Shown here one piece after another: positions 1 to 9,052 of a stretch of 64,000 nt of DNA (within the stretch, counting starts at the first letter, position 1; each line of letters starts with the position of its first letter). Location: NCBI GenBank assembly GCA_963795085.1, contig CAWCFX010000006.1, positions 780,138 to 844,137 of the forward strand. Reading direction: 5' to 3'. This DNA is from an uncultured Gemmatimonadales bacterium. GTDB taxonomy: Bacteria; Gemmatimonadota; Gemmatimonadetes; Gemmatimonadales; GWC2-71-9. The notes beneath the pieces are model-generated. The model worked only from the letters and a program-made list of their open reading frames with translations, was not told the DNA's origin and did no database searches. A program made the position numbers and the translations under genes.

Positions 1-50
1 CCAAAACCCTTGGCGTCATTGAACCATTTCACCGTGCCGGTGGTACGCAT
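1..50 (-). CDS. cspA: Cold-shock protein, N-terminal part (runs off the window edge)
   Basis: Reverse strand reads MRTTGTVKWFNDAKGF, with the CSD RNP1 motif; AAGGAG RBS upstream. Not in the ORF track. Confidence 0.92.
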   Translation of the reverse strand, partial: MRTTGTVKWFNDAKGF

Positions 51-231
51 TGCCTAACTCCTTGATGTGTTGTCGGAGTCCGGAATGACCGTACCTGCCG
101 ACATATGTTCGCGGACTATGCCCCCGCGCTGGGCTTGCCGGCTATGACTGCGGCCGACGACTTCGGGTCAAAAAGGGGACCGGCCGGAGCCAAGCCCCCT
201 TTACAATTCAGATGATATCTGAAGCGGGCAG

Positions 232-260
232 AAGCTACCGTGCAGGCAGGCTAAAGTCAA
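232..260 (-). promoter_or_regulatory. Sigma70-type promoter of the csp gene
   Basis: TTGACT (260-255), 17-nt spacer, TAGCTT (237-232); implies a 5' UTR of about 175 nt. Confidence 0.6.
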
Positions 261-274
261 TAGTAGTGCGGGAT

Positions 275-961
275 TCAGGGATTAGCGCAGGGGCCGGCCA
301 GGTCCCCGATCCAACGGCCAACCACGCTGGCCATCTCGGTTTGGGCGTCCTCGTCGGTCCGCCCGGAGCGACGGGGAAGGTGAAACGAGTGGTCCCCACC
401 CTCGACGACGTGGACTGTCGCCCGGGGCCCCAGGCCATCCGATACCCCCTTCATCAGGGCCAGGTCGGCCAGGGAATCCCGGGTGCCCTGGATAAAGAGC
501 AGGGGGACGGTAACCAGCGGCAGATGATCCGCCCGCGCGGTGCCGGGGTTCTTCGGGGGGTGCAGGGGGAAGCCGAAGAACACCAACCCCCGAACCCCGG
601 CCAGGGCCTCTTTGGCGGCGGCGCCGCTGGTCATCCGGCCTCCCATGGACTTTCCCCCGGCGAACAGGGGCAGGCCAGAGGCGACCTCCGCACCGGCGGC
701 GACGGCGGCCCGCACCGTGGCCTCGAGCAGGGGCGGGCGATCCGGCTGGCGCCGGCCCTGGTCCATATATGGGAACTGGTATCGGAGGGTGCCCACCCCC
801 TCCCCAGCCAGCCGCACCGCCAGGGCCTCCATGAAGGGGTGGCGCATGCCCGCGCCGGCCCCGTGGGCAAGGACCAGCAGGGCACCGGCCGGCTCCGGCA
901 TATGGAGAATGGCGGACACCCTTCCAGCCCTGGTCCCGGTCTCGATGGTCAGATCCCTCAT
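275..961 (-). CDS. Alpha/beta hydrolase (KANL3/Tex30-like)
   Basis: LAHGAGAGM, GGKSMGGR nucleophile elbow, QGTRD, GGDHSF; start overlaps the ligD stop (ATGA). Confidence 0.88.
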   Translation of the reverse strand: MRDLTIETGTRAGRVSAILHMPEPAGALLVLAHGAGAGMRHPFMEALAVRLAGEGVGTLRYQFPYMDQGRRQPDRPPLLEATVRAAVAAGAEVASGLPLFAGGKSMGGRMTSGAAAKEALAGVRGLVFFGFPLHPPKNPGTARADHLPLVTVPLLFIQGTRDSLADLALMKGVSDGLGPRATVHVVEGGDHSFHLPRRSGRTDEDAQTEMASVVGRWIGDLAGPCANP

Positions 962-3015
962 GCAAGCTCCTCCTGCAGCGCGGCCAGCGCGCTCCCCAGG
1001 TCCGGCGTGGTGGCAATGATCGGAAGCAGCGGATCCTCTCCCAGCGACCGCATCCGGTCCACCGCGTTCCTGATAGTAAAGCTGCGAATATCGAGGGCGC
1101 CATTGACCTCGCTCCAGCGGAGCGGCATGGACACCGGCGCCCCGGCCAGCGGCCGTACGCTGTAGGGCGAGACCAGCAGCTTGCCGTGCCCGTTCTGGAG
1201 GAAATCCACGTACACCTTGCCGCCCCGCCTGTTCACCGCGCGGGTGATAGTGGCCACCCGGGGAACCATCTTGACCAGCGCCTGGGCCAGGATTTCGCCC
1301 ATGGCCCGGGCCTGGTCGTGGGTGAACTGGCGAGCCAGCGGAATCATCACGTGGAGTCCCGAAGACCCCGTCGTCTTGATGAACGCCGGCAACCCGATCC
1401 GCTGGCAGAGCGACTGCGCGGCCTGGGCCACCTCCACCACGTGGGCGAAGGGCGCGTCCTTGGGATCAAGGTCCAGGCTGCACCAGTCGGGGTGGGTAAT
1501 GGCGGGGAGCCGGCTGGCCCAGATATGCAGCGGAATGGCGGCCATGTTGGCCAGGTAGCGCAGGCCGTCAATGCCGTCCACGACGAAGTAATCGATATCC
1601 CGTTCGGCATGGGCGCTCCACATCCGTTCGGTGCGGAGATACTCCCGGGCATAGTCCGGCGCGTCTTTCTGAAAAAAGGACTTGCCGTGGATGCCGTCGG
1701 GAAACCGGGTGAGGACGACCGGCCTCTGGTCCAGGTAAGGCAGCAGCCAGGGCGCGACGGCGCCGTAGTAGTCGATCAGGTCCCCCTTGGTGAGGCCGTC
1801 TTCCGGCCAGAAGACCTTGTCCCGATTGCTGACTTTCAGCGCGGACCGTCCGGTCGCGTGGGCCGCCGGGGCGCGTTTCGGGGGCGGGGCCAGCGCCGGG
1901 GCAGCCGACACCGCCGGGGCGCCGATCTGGCGAACGCACTCGTCGGGCGGCTTGTCGTCACGAAAGCGGAGAAAGGCAGGCTGCCGGAGGTAGCCCTCGT
2001 CGGTCAGTTCCTTGAACCGCACCTCGGCCACCATCTCCGGCTGCACCCAGGTGGCGGTGCGAAAGTCGGGAACCGAGCGGAGCGGTATGGTTCCCTCCGT
2101 TGCCCCCGGCGGGACGGGGCCCTCGCATGGCGGTGTCTTTCGTTCCAGCCGGTCCAGTTCCCGGCGCACCTCCGTAAGCTGCCGGGCGTTGAAACCGGTC
2201 CCCACCCGGCCGGCATACACCAGCCGCCCCGCCACGTACTGCCCCACGTGGAGCGCCCCGAATCCTTGCCGGGAGCCCTTGGGCTGGGTGTACCCCACCA
2301 CCACGAAATCGTCGGTCTGGTCGGCCCTGATCTTGAGCCAGTTGGGCGAGCGCCCTCCGCGATAGGCACACTCGGCTTTCTTGGCCACGATCCCTTCCAG
2401 CCCCAGTTTGACGGCATGCTCGAACAACGGCACGCCCAGGCCCTCGAAATGGTCGAGATACCGGATGGTGCCATCCCCGGGAACCAGTTTTCGAAGGAAC
2501 TCCTTGCGGGCCAGGAGCGGCAGCGGGCGCAGGTCGAGACCGGCGAAGCCCAGCAGGTCAAACGCGAAAAAAATAGTGGGCCACTTTCGGGACGCGCGTC
2601 CCACCTCGAGGGACTTGGCGAGCTTGCCTCGCTGCTGCAGCCGCTGGAAACTGGGCCTCCCGCGCTGGTCCATGGCTACCACCTCGCCATCCAGCACCAG
2701 GTCCTCCCCCGGCAAATCGGCCATCGCGGCCACGACCTCGGGGAAGCTGCCGGCCAGGTCGTTCCCGTTCCGGCTGAGCAGCTGGACGCTGCCCCCGGTC
2801 CGGCCGGCCAGCAGCCGGTAGCCATCCAGCTTGATCTCAAAGACCCACCCCTCCCGGTCAAAGGCACGGGGATGCACCTCCGCCAGCATCATGTCGACGG
2901 CGACAGGATCAACAGGCTGGCGGATCGCCCCGGCGGCGAGCGCTTCCCGCTCGAGTTCACCGGCGGACCCGGGGGGACGCTTCTTCACGCGGGGCGAACC
3001 CGGGAGGCCATCCAC
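958..3015 (-). CDS. ligD: DNA ligase D (ligase plus primase-polymerase domains); start may be GTG at 2988
   Basis: EIKLDGYR adenylation motif, EGIVAKK, WLKIR, OB fold, then a POL domain (TKGDLIDYY, RFPDGI, DLDP, KTTGSSGLHV, DFLQN). Confidence 0.95.
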   Translation of the reverse strand: MDGLPGSPRVKKRPPGSAGELEREALAAGAIRQPVDPVAVDMMLAEVHPRAFDREGWVFEIKLDGYRLLAGRTGGSVQLLSRNGNDLAGSFPEVVAAMADLPGEDLVLDGEVVAMDQRGRPSFQRLQQRGKLAKSLEVGRASRKWPTIFFAFDLLGFAGLDLRPLPLLARKEFLRKLVPGDGTIRYLDHFEGLGVPLFEHAVKLGLEGIVAKKAECAYRGGRSPNWLKIRADQTDDFVVVGYTQPKGSRQGFGALHVGQYVAGRLVYAGRVGTGFNARQLTEVRRELDRLERKTPPCEGPVPPGATEGTIPLRSVPDFRTATWVQPEMVAEVRFKELTDEGYLRQPAFLRFRDDKPPDECVRQIGAPAVSAAPALAPPPKRAPAAHATGRSALKVSNRDKVFWPEDGLTKGDLIDYYGAVAPWLLPYLDQRPVVLTRFPDGIHGKSFFQKDAPDYAREYLRTERMWSAHAERDIDYFVVDGIDGLRYLANMAAIPLHIWASRLPAITHPDWCSLDLDPKDAPFAHVVEVAQAAQSLCQRIGLPAFIKTTGSSGLHVMIPLARQFTHDQARAMGEILAQALVKMVPRVATITRAVNRRGGKVYVDFLQNGHGKLLVSPYSVRPLAGAPVSMPLRWSEVNGALDIRSFTIRNAVDRMRSLGEDPLLPIIATTPDLGSALAALQEELA

Positions 3016-3086
3016 TGGACCGACATGGAGGATCTACTCCGTTGCAGGATGGTGAGTTACATCACCCGTACCTAACCTAATCTCTA

Positions 3087-3116
3087 TTGACGCGCCGCCT
3101 GCAGGGCCGATATAGT
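3087..3116 (+). promoter_or_regulatory. Sigma70-type promoter of ku
   Basis: TTGACG, 18-nt spacer, TATAGT, about 30 nt before the ku ATG. Confidence 0.6.
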
Positions 3117-3145
3117 ACGATTCCCCTTCCCTCAGGCAGCAGGCC

Positions 3146-4033
3146 ATGGCCGCACGTCCAATCGCATCCGCCAACATTTCCTTCGGGCTCGTTTCCGTCC
3201 CGGTGAAGCTCTATTCCGCCGCCGAGTCCTCGGCCAATGTGAGCTTCAACTGGCTGCACACCAAGTGCGGCACCCGGCTGCGGCAGCAGTATTTCTGCCC
3301 CACCGACGACGAAGTGGTCGGCAAGGACGAGATGGTCAAGGGCTACGAGTTCTCCAAGGGCCAGTACGTGCTGTTCAACCCGGAGGAGATCAAGGCGCTG
3401 GAGGAAAAAGCGACCAATTCGATTGATATCGCCGAGTTCGTGCCCATCGAAAAGGTGGAGCGGGTCTATCTCGAGAAAGTGTACTACCTGGGGCCGGACA
3501 AGGGCGGCGAGAAAGCCTATCGCCTGCTGGGTGAGGCGCTCAAGGACTCGAAGCGCGCGGCCCTGGGCCAGTACGCCGCCCGCGGCAAGCAGAACCTGAT
3601 CCTGGTCTATCCCCAGGACGGCCGGCTGGTGATGGAACAGCTGCACTACGCGAACGAGGTGCGGAAGCCCAGCGAGGTGGACATTCCCGACACCCCGGTG
3701 AAGCCGGCCGAGCTGGCGCTGGCCCGGCAGCTGATCGAGCAGGGGGCGACCGAAGAGTTCAACCCCGAGGCCTATCACGACCAGGTCCGGGACCGGGTAC
3801 TCGAGAGCATCCAGCAGAAGGTCGAAGGCAAGGAAATCACGGCCGAGCCGGAACAGGCGCCGGAAACCAAGGTCCTCGACCTCATGGAGGCGCTGAAGGC
3901 GAGCCTGGGGAAAGCCAGCAGCGGCGTTCGACCGGCCCGGGAATCGAAACCGGCCAAGCGCGGTGGCAAGAAAGAGGCGGAGCCGGAAGCGCCGGCGAAG
4001 GCCACCGCCAAGAAGAAGCGCAAAGCATCGTAG
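3146..4033 (+). CDS. ku: NHEJ protein Ku
   Basis: ISFGLVSVPVKLYSA, VKGYE, YYLGPD, VLDLMEALKASL and a basic C-terminal tail. Confidence 0.96.
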   Translation: MAARPIASANISFGLVSVPVKLYSAAESSANVSFNWLHTKCGTRLRQQYFCPTDDEVVGKDEMVKGYEFSKGQYVLFNPEEIKALEEKATNSIDIAEFVPIEKVERVYLEKVYYLGPDKGGEKAYRLLGEALKDSKRAALGQYAARGKQNLILVYPQDGRLVMEQLHYANEVRKPSEVDIPDTPVKPAELALARQLIEQGATEEFNPEAYHDQVRDRVLESIQQKVEGKEITAEPEQAPETKVLDLMEALKASLGKASSGVRPARESKPAKRGGKKEAEPEAPAKATAKKKRKAS

Positions 4034-4063
4034 GGGCGAAATACCGTCGCCCTCGCTCGGGCT

Positions 4064-4831
4064 ATGAAGGTCTATTCATCCAGAGAAGTCGCCGGACTCC
4101 TGGGGATGTCGGTCCCGCAGGTTCGCGCGCAGGCGCGCGCGGGATTCCTGCGCCCTGAACGGGGACCGCGACGGGCCTATCGCTTTTCCTTCCAGGACCT
4201 GTTTCTCCTTCGCAGCGCGAAGTCCCTGGCCGAAGCGCGAATTCCGTCCCGCCGGGTGCGGCGGGCGCTCCGCCGGCTCCGCACCCAGCTCCCCCGGGAT
4301 CGCTCGCTGACCGAGATCAGAATCACGGCGGAGAATGGCCGGATCGTGGTTCGGGATGGCGGGTCCATCTGGAATCCCGACTCCGGGCAGTTTCAACTCG
4401 AGTTCAAATCCCAGCGCCGCGGCAGTCCACCCAAGGCGCCCAAACCGGCGGCCCGGCGGCCCTCGAAATCGGATCCGGCCGATCACTACGTAGCCCAGGG
4501 CCGCCGGCTCTACGAGGCCAACGAAGTCAGCGACGCCGCCTCCTGCTATCGGAAAGCGCTGGCCATCAAGCGGCACCATCCGGCGGCAGCATTCCAGCTC
4601 GGCGTGGCGCTGGAGGACCTGGGCAAGGTGAAGGAGGCAATTGACGCGTACATTCGGGCGGTGGAGAGCGATCCGTATTTCGCAGACGCCCACTACAACC
4701 TGGCGAAGCTGTACGAGAAGGCGGGAAAAAAGTCGGCGGCCCGGCGGCACTTGAAATCCTATCGAGAGCTATCCGTCCGACCAGGGAAATCAAAGGCCAG
4801 GCGGAGTCATCCTGAGAGTCCCCGACCGTAG
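4064..4831 (+). CDS. MerR-type HTH plus TPR protein
   Basis: N-terminal YSSREVAGLLG...YRFSFQDL winged HTH; C-terminal TPRs (FQLGVALEDLG, DAHYNLAKLYE). Confidence 0.85.
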   Translation: MKVYSSREVAGLLGMSVPQVRAQARAGFLRPERGPRRAYRFSFQDLFLLRSAKSLAEARIPSRRVRRALRRLRTQLPRDRSLTEIRITAENGRIVVRDGGSIWNPDSGQFQLEFKSQRRGSPPKAPKPAARRPSKSDPADHYVAQGRRLYEANEVSDAASCYRKALAIKRHHPAAAFQLGVALEDLGKVKEAIDAYIRAVESDPYFADAHYNLAKLYEKAGKKSAARRHLKSYRELSVRPGKSKARRSHPESPRP

Positions 4832-4998
4832 CGCGGGGTCCCGAAGGAGCCCGGTTCTTCGATGGTTTGAGCCCATGTTGAAGGGTTGTCCAGCGTAAGA
4901 GATGGAAAGAGAACGGCTCCCTTCACGATATATTTCGCCACCAGTGACTTGAGATCATCGGCATGACGACGGGGTTCCTTCGGTCCCTTGCGCTTCAC
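4807..4998 (-). CDS. Possible small hypothetical protein (63 aa)
   Basis: GTG start with GAGG upstream; fills a lower-GC gap; no recognisable motif. Confidence 0.25.
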   Translation of the reverse strand: MKRKGPKEPRRHADDLKSLVAKYIVKGAVLFPSLTLDNPSTWAQTIEEPGSFGTPRYGRGLSG

Positions 4999-5054
4999 TA
5001 CCGGTCCCTCAGGATGAATCCGATGCCAGGCTCCATGCCGCTGCCTCCAACACA

Positions 5055-5774
5055 ATGATCATTTCCATCGGGATGTCGGGCTACAGCTACAAGGAATGGA
5101 AGCCCAACTTCTATCCCGCGGACCTCAAGGCGGACCGGATGCTGGAGTTTTACGCCCAGCGATTCGAGACGGTGGAGATCAACAACACCTTCTACCGCAT
5201 GCCGACCGAGAAGGTTTTGATGCAGTGGGCCGCGGAGGTCCCGCCGGGGTTTGTGTTCGGGCTCAAGGCGCCGCGCCGTATCACCCATATGAACCGGCTG
5301 CGGGACTGCGCCGAGAGCCTCGAGTATTTCATGCGCACCGCCAGCTGCCTGGGTGAGCGGCTGGGTCCCACCCTGTTCCAGCTGCCTCCCAATTTCAAGA
5401 AGGACCTGCCCCTCCTCCAGGAGTTCCTGGCCATGGTTCCCCGGCGGTGGGTGAGCGCGTTCGAGTTCCGGCACCCGTCCTGGTTCGAGGACGAGGTGTA
5501 CGAGACCCTGCGGGGGCATGACGTGGCGCTCTGCATTGTGGACGACGAGGACGGAGCGACCCCCGTGGTGGCGACCGCGGGCTTTGGATACCTGCGGCTT
5601 CGCCGGACCGACTACGCCCCGGGCGACCTGGAAGCCTGGGCCGGAAAGATGCGGGCGGAGCCGTGGGACCGGGCGTTTGCCTTCTTCAAGCATGAGGAGG
5701 ACGGGGGGCGGGGGCCCCACATCGCCATGGATATGAAGACCGTCCTGGGCGGCGAGGGCCAGGCGGCATTGTGA
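5055..5774 (+). CDS. DUF72 (YecE/YunF) family protein
   Basis: SGYSYKEW, VEINNTFYRMP, KAPRRITH, FQLPP, EFRHPSW, YLRLR. Confidence 0.93.
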   Translation: MIISIGMSGYSYKEWKPNFYPADLKADRMLEFYAQRFETVEINNTFYRMPTEKVLMQWAAEVPPGFVFGLKAPRRITHMNRLRDCAESLEYFMRTASCLGERLGPTLFQLPPNFKKDLPLLQEFLAMVPRRWVSAFEFRHPSWFEDEVYETLRGHDVALCIVDDEDGATPVVATAGFGYLRLRRTDYAPGDLEAWAGKMRAEPWDRAFAFFKHEEDGGRGPHIAMDMKTVLGGEGQAAL

Positions 5775-5851
5775 CGGAGATCACCAAAGACTGCGTTCCA
5801 GGCCGTATATTGGGAGTCAGCAACCAACTATAACTTTTGCAAGAGGCGGGT

Positions 5852-6754
5852 ATGCGAGTGTTACGAGCTGCGGCCATCGGCACCTTTTCTCTCCTGGCCT
5901 TCTCCGGATGCGACCAGAAGACCAAGCAGGAGAACGAAGCCCTGCGGCTCCAGGTGCAGGAGATGGAGACTATCTCGGCGGAGAAGGACAGCATGCTGAC
6001 CATGATGGTCACCAGCACGCAGTTGATGAACGAGATCAACAACGAGCTCAACAAGGTCAAGGACCTGAAGACCGGGGTGGTGCCGGTGGCGGGTCCCGAG
6101 TCCGGCACGGTCGATACCGTGCGGGTGCAGGACTACCTGCTCGCCAAGGTGCGGGAGGTGACCGAGCGCGTGAATGACGCCGAGACCCGCCTGGCCGCCA
6201 GCCAGCGGCGGATCCGGGGCCTGACCCGCGAGGGTGACACCCTCAAGTCCAGCATCGCGGAGTTCCAGGCGACGGTGGCCCGCTTCCAGGCGATCATCGA
6301 CACCCAGAAGGTCAACATCCTGTCGCTCACCACCCAGATCAACGAAATGCAGACCGCCAACGTCAAGCTGGTGGCCCGCACCGAATCCCTGAGCGGGACG
6401 GTCGATACCCTGGTGACCGAGCGGAACATGGTGTTTTACGTGATCGGCCGGAAGGACGACCTGGTACAGCGCGGGATCGCAACCGAAGAGGGGAGCAAGT
6501 TCCTGTTCTTTGGGGGTAAGTCTCTGCAGCCGGCCCGCCAGCTTGATGCGACCGCCTTCACCCAGTCGGACATGCGGGAGTTGACCACGATCGTCCTGCC
6601 CGATTCGACCAAAAAGTACAAGATTATCTCGAGGCAGAACCTGGCCGGTCTGGCGATCCAGCCGGAGGACGGCAAGTTCCGGGGCACCATCCAGATCGCC
6701 GATCCGGCGGTCTTCTGGGGGCCGGGCCGGTACCTGATCATCGTCCAGGATTAA
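5852..6754 (+). CDS. Coiled-coil lipoprotein, hypothetical
   Basis: Signal peptide with lipobox FSGC, long heptad region, globular C-terminus (IADPAVFW). Confidence 0.75.
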   Translation: MRVLRAAAIGTFSLLAFSGCDQKTKQENEALRLQVQEMETISAEKDSMLTMMVTSTQLMNEINNELNKVKDLKTGVVPVAGPESGTVDTVRVQDYLLAKVREVTERVNDAETRLAASQRRIRGLTREGDTLKSSIAEFQATVARFQAIIDTQKVNILSLTTQINEMQTANVKLVARTESLSGTVDTLVTERNMVFYVIGRKDDLVQRGIATEEGSKFLFFGGKSLQPARQLDATAFTQSDMRELTTIVLPDSTKKYKIISRQNLAGLAIQPEDGKFRGTIQIADPAVFWGPGRYLIIVQD

Positions 6755-6812
6755 GGGGCCCTGGGGGCAAGGGGGCATAGGGCCCGCCGGTGAAGGCGGG
6801 ACGCAATGGAGA

Positions 6813-6850
6813 AGGCAAAGGCCCATCGGTGAACGGTGGGCCTTTTGCCT
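6813..6850 (+). terminator. Intrinsic terminator
   Basis: AGGCAAAGGCCCATCG-GTGAA-CGGTGGGCCTTTTGCCT stem-loop after the lipoprotein gene. Confidence 0.7.
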
Positions 6851-6989
6851 GCTGCCCCGGGCGACGCCTCTAAGCGATTGCAGGACAGCTAGTTATGGCT
6901 GTCATTAAGGGACCGGGAATCCTGCGCGAAAATTGCGGTAACGCGGTCAGGCTCCTCATCCCTCACGTGACTGGACCACCGCAGCCTGC

Positions 6990-7658
6990 ATGACCGTTCC
7001 CAGCCGGATGTCGCTCCGTTCCATTCCGCCCGAATTGCACGCCCGGGCGCGCATTGCCTACGCCGTGGCGTGGGAAGGGGTCATTACCACGCACAGCAAT
7101 CAGCTCCTGGAGTTTCTTCAGGAGTTTGGGAGCCGGGTGCCGGTGCTCGAGGCCCTGGATCTCTACTTCCGGGTGGTAGCCGTTCCCGAGCCCATGAAAG
7201 AATCGGTGCGCACCCGGGCCCTGACCGAGTTGGATCTCGATTGCCTTCCCCCGCTCCATCCCATGCCGGTGCTGTCGCCCCTGCAGTACCTGCGGCCCGA
7301 CCTGATTCTGCGGGTCCTTCGCTACCGGCGCGATTACGTCGAGACGACCCTGCACCTGGCCCGAATGGTGGGTGCCCGGGCTGCCGAGGCGGTGACCGCC
7401 ACCCACGTCAGTCATGCCACGGAGTTTGCCCGCCTGGTAGGCCGAGTCATCCCGGTGGACAAGGCGGTGGCGCACTACGTCTTTGTCTTCGCGCTTTCGC
7501 AGGCGATGGCCCAGACCGTCTTCCAGCGGGTGCAGGCCACCCTTGCCGGGGAGCAGTTGGCCCGGGCTTATGGCCAGTCACCCTATCCTCCCGACTTGAC
7601 CGAGCCGGCCCGGGCCCGGGCCAGCCAGGAACTGGAAGTCGAGATCGAACATACGTGA
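6990..7658 (+). CDS. Hypothetical protein
   Basis: 222-aa ORF with protein-like composition that fills the gap. Confidence 0.7.
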   Translation: MTVPSRMSLRSIPPELHARARIAYAVAWEGVITTHSNQLLEFLQEFGSRVPVLEALDLYFRVVAVPEPMKESVRTRALTELDLDCLPPLHPMPVLSPLQYLRPDLILRVLRYRRDYVETTLHLARMVGARAAEAVTATHVSHATEFARLVGRVIPVDKAVAHYVFVFALSQAMAQTVFQRVQATLAGEQLARAYGQSPYPPDLTEPARARASQELEVEIEHT

Positions 7659-7899
7659 ACACCGGCCGGGTGCCGTCACCCGACCGGTGAGAATTGATGG
7701 AGGTGGCGCCCGGCGCCGAATCCACTCCCCCTGCCGCCTGTTCCTGCCACCCCACACGAATAACCGGAAGGCTCTCCCCCGGCGGGCGCGGTGCGCCCGG
7801 CTGTGCCGGGTTCTCGCAGCCGATTATCTTCCGGCCCCACAGCCGTGGGCGGGATCGGGTGAACGCGGTTTGTCTCTCTGCAGTGAAACGAATCAGATT

Positions 7900-8457
7900 A
7901 TGAAAGCAACCGACATTCGCAAGGGCCATGTCCTGATGTTCGAAGGCAAGCCCTGCCGGGTCATGGAATTCACCCACCGGACGCCGGGCAACCTGCGCGC
8001 CTTCGTCCAGGCCCGGATGCGAAACCTGGTAAGCGGGTCCACTTTCGATCACCGGTTCAGCGCGACCGACTTCGTGGAGACCGCCCGCCTCGACACCAAG
8101 CCGCTCCAGGTGCTCTACCGCGACGCCAACGGCCTGCATGTCATGGATACCGACACGTACGACCAGTACACCCTGGACGCGGAGACTATCGGCGAGCAGG
8201 CCGACTGGCTGGCGCCGGAGATGACCTTCACCGCCGAGTGGCTGGAAGGCCGGCCGATCGCCATAGATCTCCCGACCGTGGTTGAACTGGAAGTCGTGGA
8301 GACCTCGCCGGTGATGAAGACCGCGACCAAGACCGCCAGCACCAAGCCGGCCAAGCTCTCCAATGGCATCACGATCCAGGTCCCCGAGTTCATCCAGGAA
8401 GGGGAACGGGTTCGCGTCAATCCAGCGGAAGGCGTGTACCTCGAGCGGGCGAAGTAA
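7900..8457 (+). CDS. efp: Elongation factor P
   Basis: MKATDIRKG, HRTPGNLRAFVQ loop, TKPAKLSNG, VPEFIQEGE, YLERA. Confidence 0.95.
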   Translation: MKATDIRKGHVLMFEGKPCRVMEFTHRTPGNLRAFVQARMRNLVSGSTFDHRFSATDFVETARLDTKPLQVLYRDANGLHVMDTDTYDQYTLDAETIGEQADWLAPEMTFTAEWLEGRPIAIDLPTVVELEVVETSPVMKTATKTASTKPAKLSNGITIQVPEFIQEGERVRVNPAEGVYLERAK

Positions 8458-8463
8458 CCGGCC

Positions 8464-9039
8464 CTACTTCTTCCGCCGGTAGGTGATCTCCATGATACGG
8501 GTCTGGCCGGCGGCCTGGGGATCGTGCATCTCGAAGACGTGGGTGTCCGGCCCCTCGACCCGCAGCACGTACTTCACCGGCTTGCCTGTCTCCCCCGTCA
8601 TCGGGTCATCTATCCGGCCGTGGTAGGTCAGTACCCGGCCGGTCTCATCCAGGCTGCCCTCCATGGTGGAGATGGCAGTGCTCATGTTGTCTATCCAGAT
8701 CGCAACGTACTTCTTCTTCATGTTATCATAGCCGGAAATGCCGCGGCCATGGAGCGGCATCCCCATCATTGATCCGGTGGTGACATCCTCCAGGTAGCGC
8801 CCCTCCAGTATCCAGCGGACCTCGGCAGTGCCGTTCGATTCGGCGGGCGGCGCGCCGGGCTCCATCCAGACGCGGGTCGTGAGGTCCCAGGTTCCCACGA
8901 AGGTGTCCAGGAACTTGTGGGCTGCGCCCGGGGTGGCGGCCGCCATCATCCGCTGCATCGGGTCGCCGTCGGCCTGGGCGTGAATTGGGGGAGCGGATAG
9001 CAGCAGCGCAGCCGCGCTGGCCAGGAGAATACGTTTCAT
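8464..9039 (-). CDS. DUF1579 family secreted protein
   Basis: Signal peptide; TPGAAHK, GYDN..KKY..WIDNMST, MEITYRR. Confidence 0.85.
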   Translation of the reverse strand: MKRILLASAAALLLSAPPIHAQADGDPMQRMMAAATPGAAHKFLDTFVGTWDLTTRVWMEPGAPPAESNGTAEVRWILEGRYLEDVTTGSMMGMPLHGRGISGYDNMKKKYVAIWIDNMSTAISTMEGSLDETGRVLTYHGRIDDPMTGETGKPVKYVLRVEGPDTHVFEMHDPQAAGQTRIMEITYRRKK

Positions 9040-9052
9040 GGGCGTGCTCCGG

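Noticed and set aside
3004..3025. TGTCGG upstream of ligD as a PafBC-type promoter
   Set aside because: No TA-N3-T at the N10 spacing (it reads GGCCTC); TGTCAC at 29477 and 30483 fail the same test.
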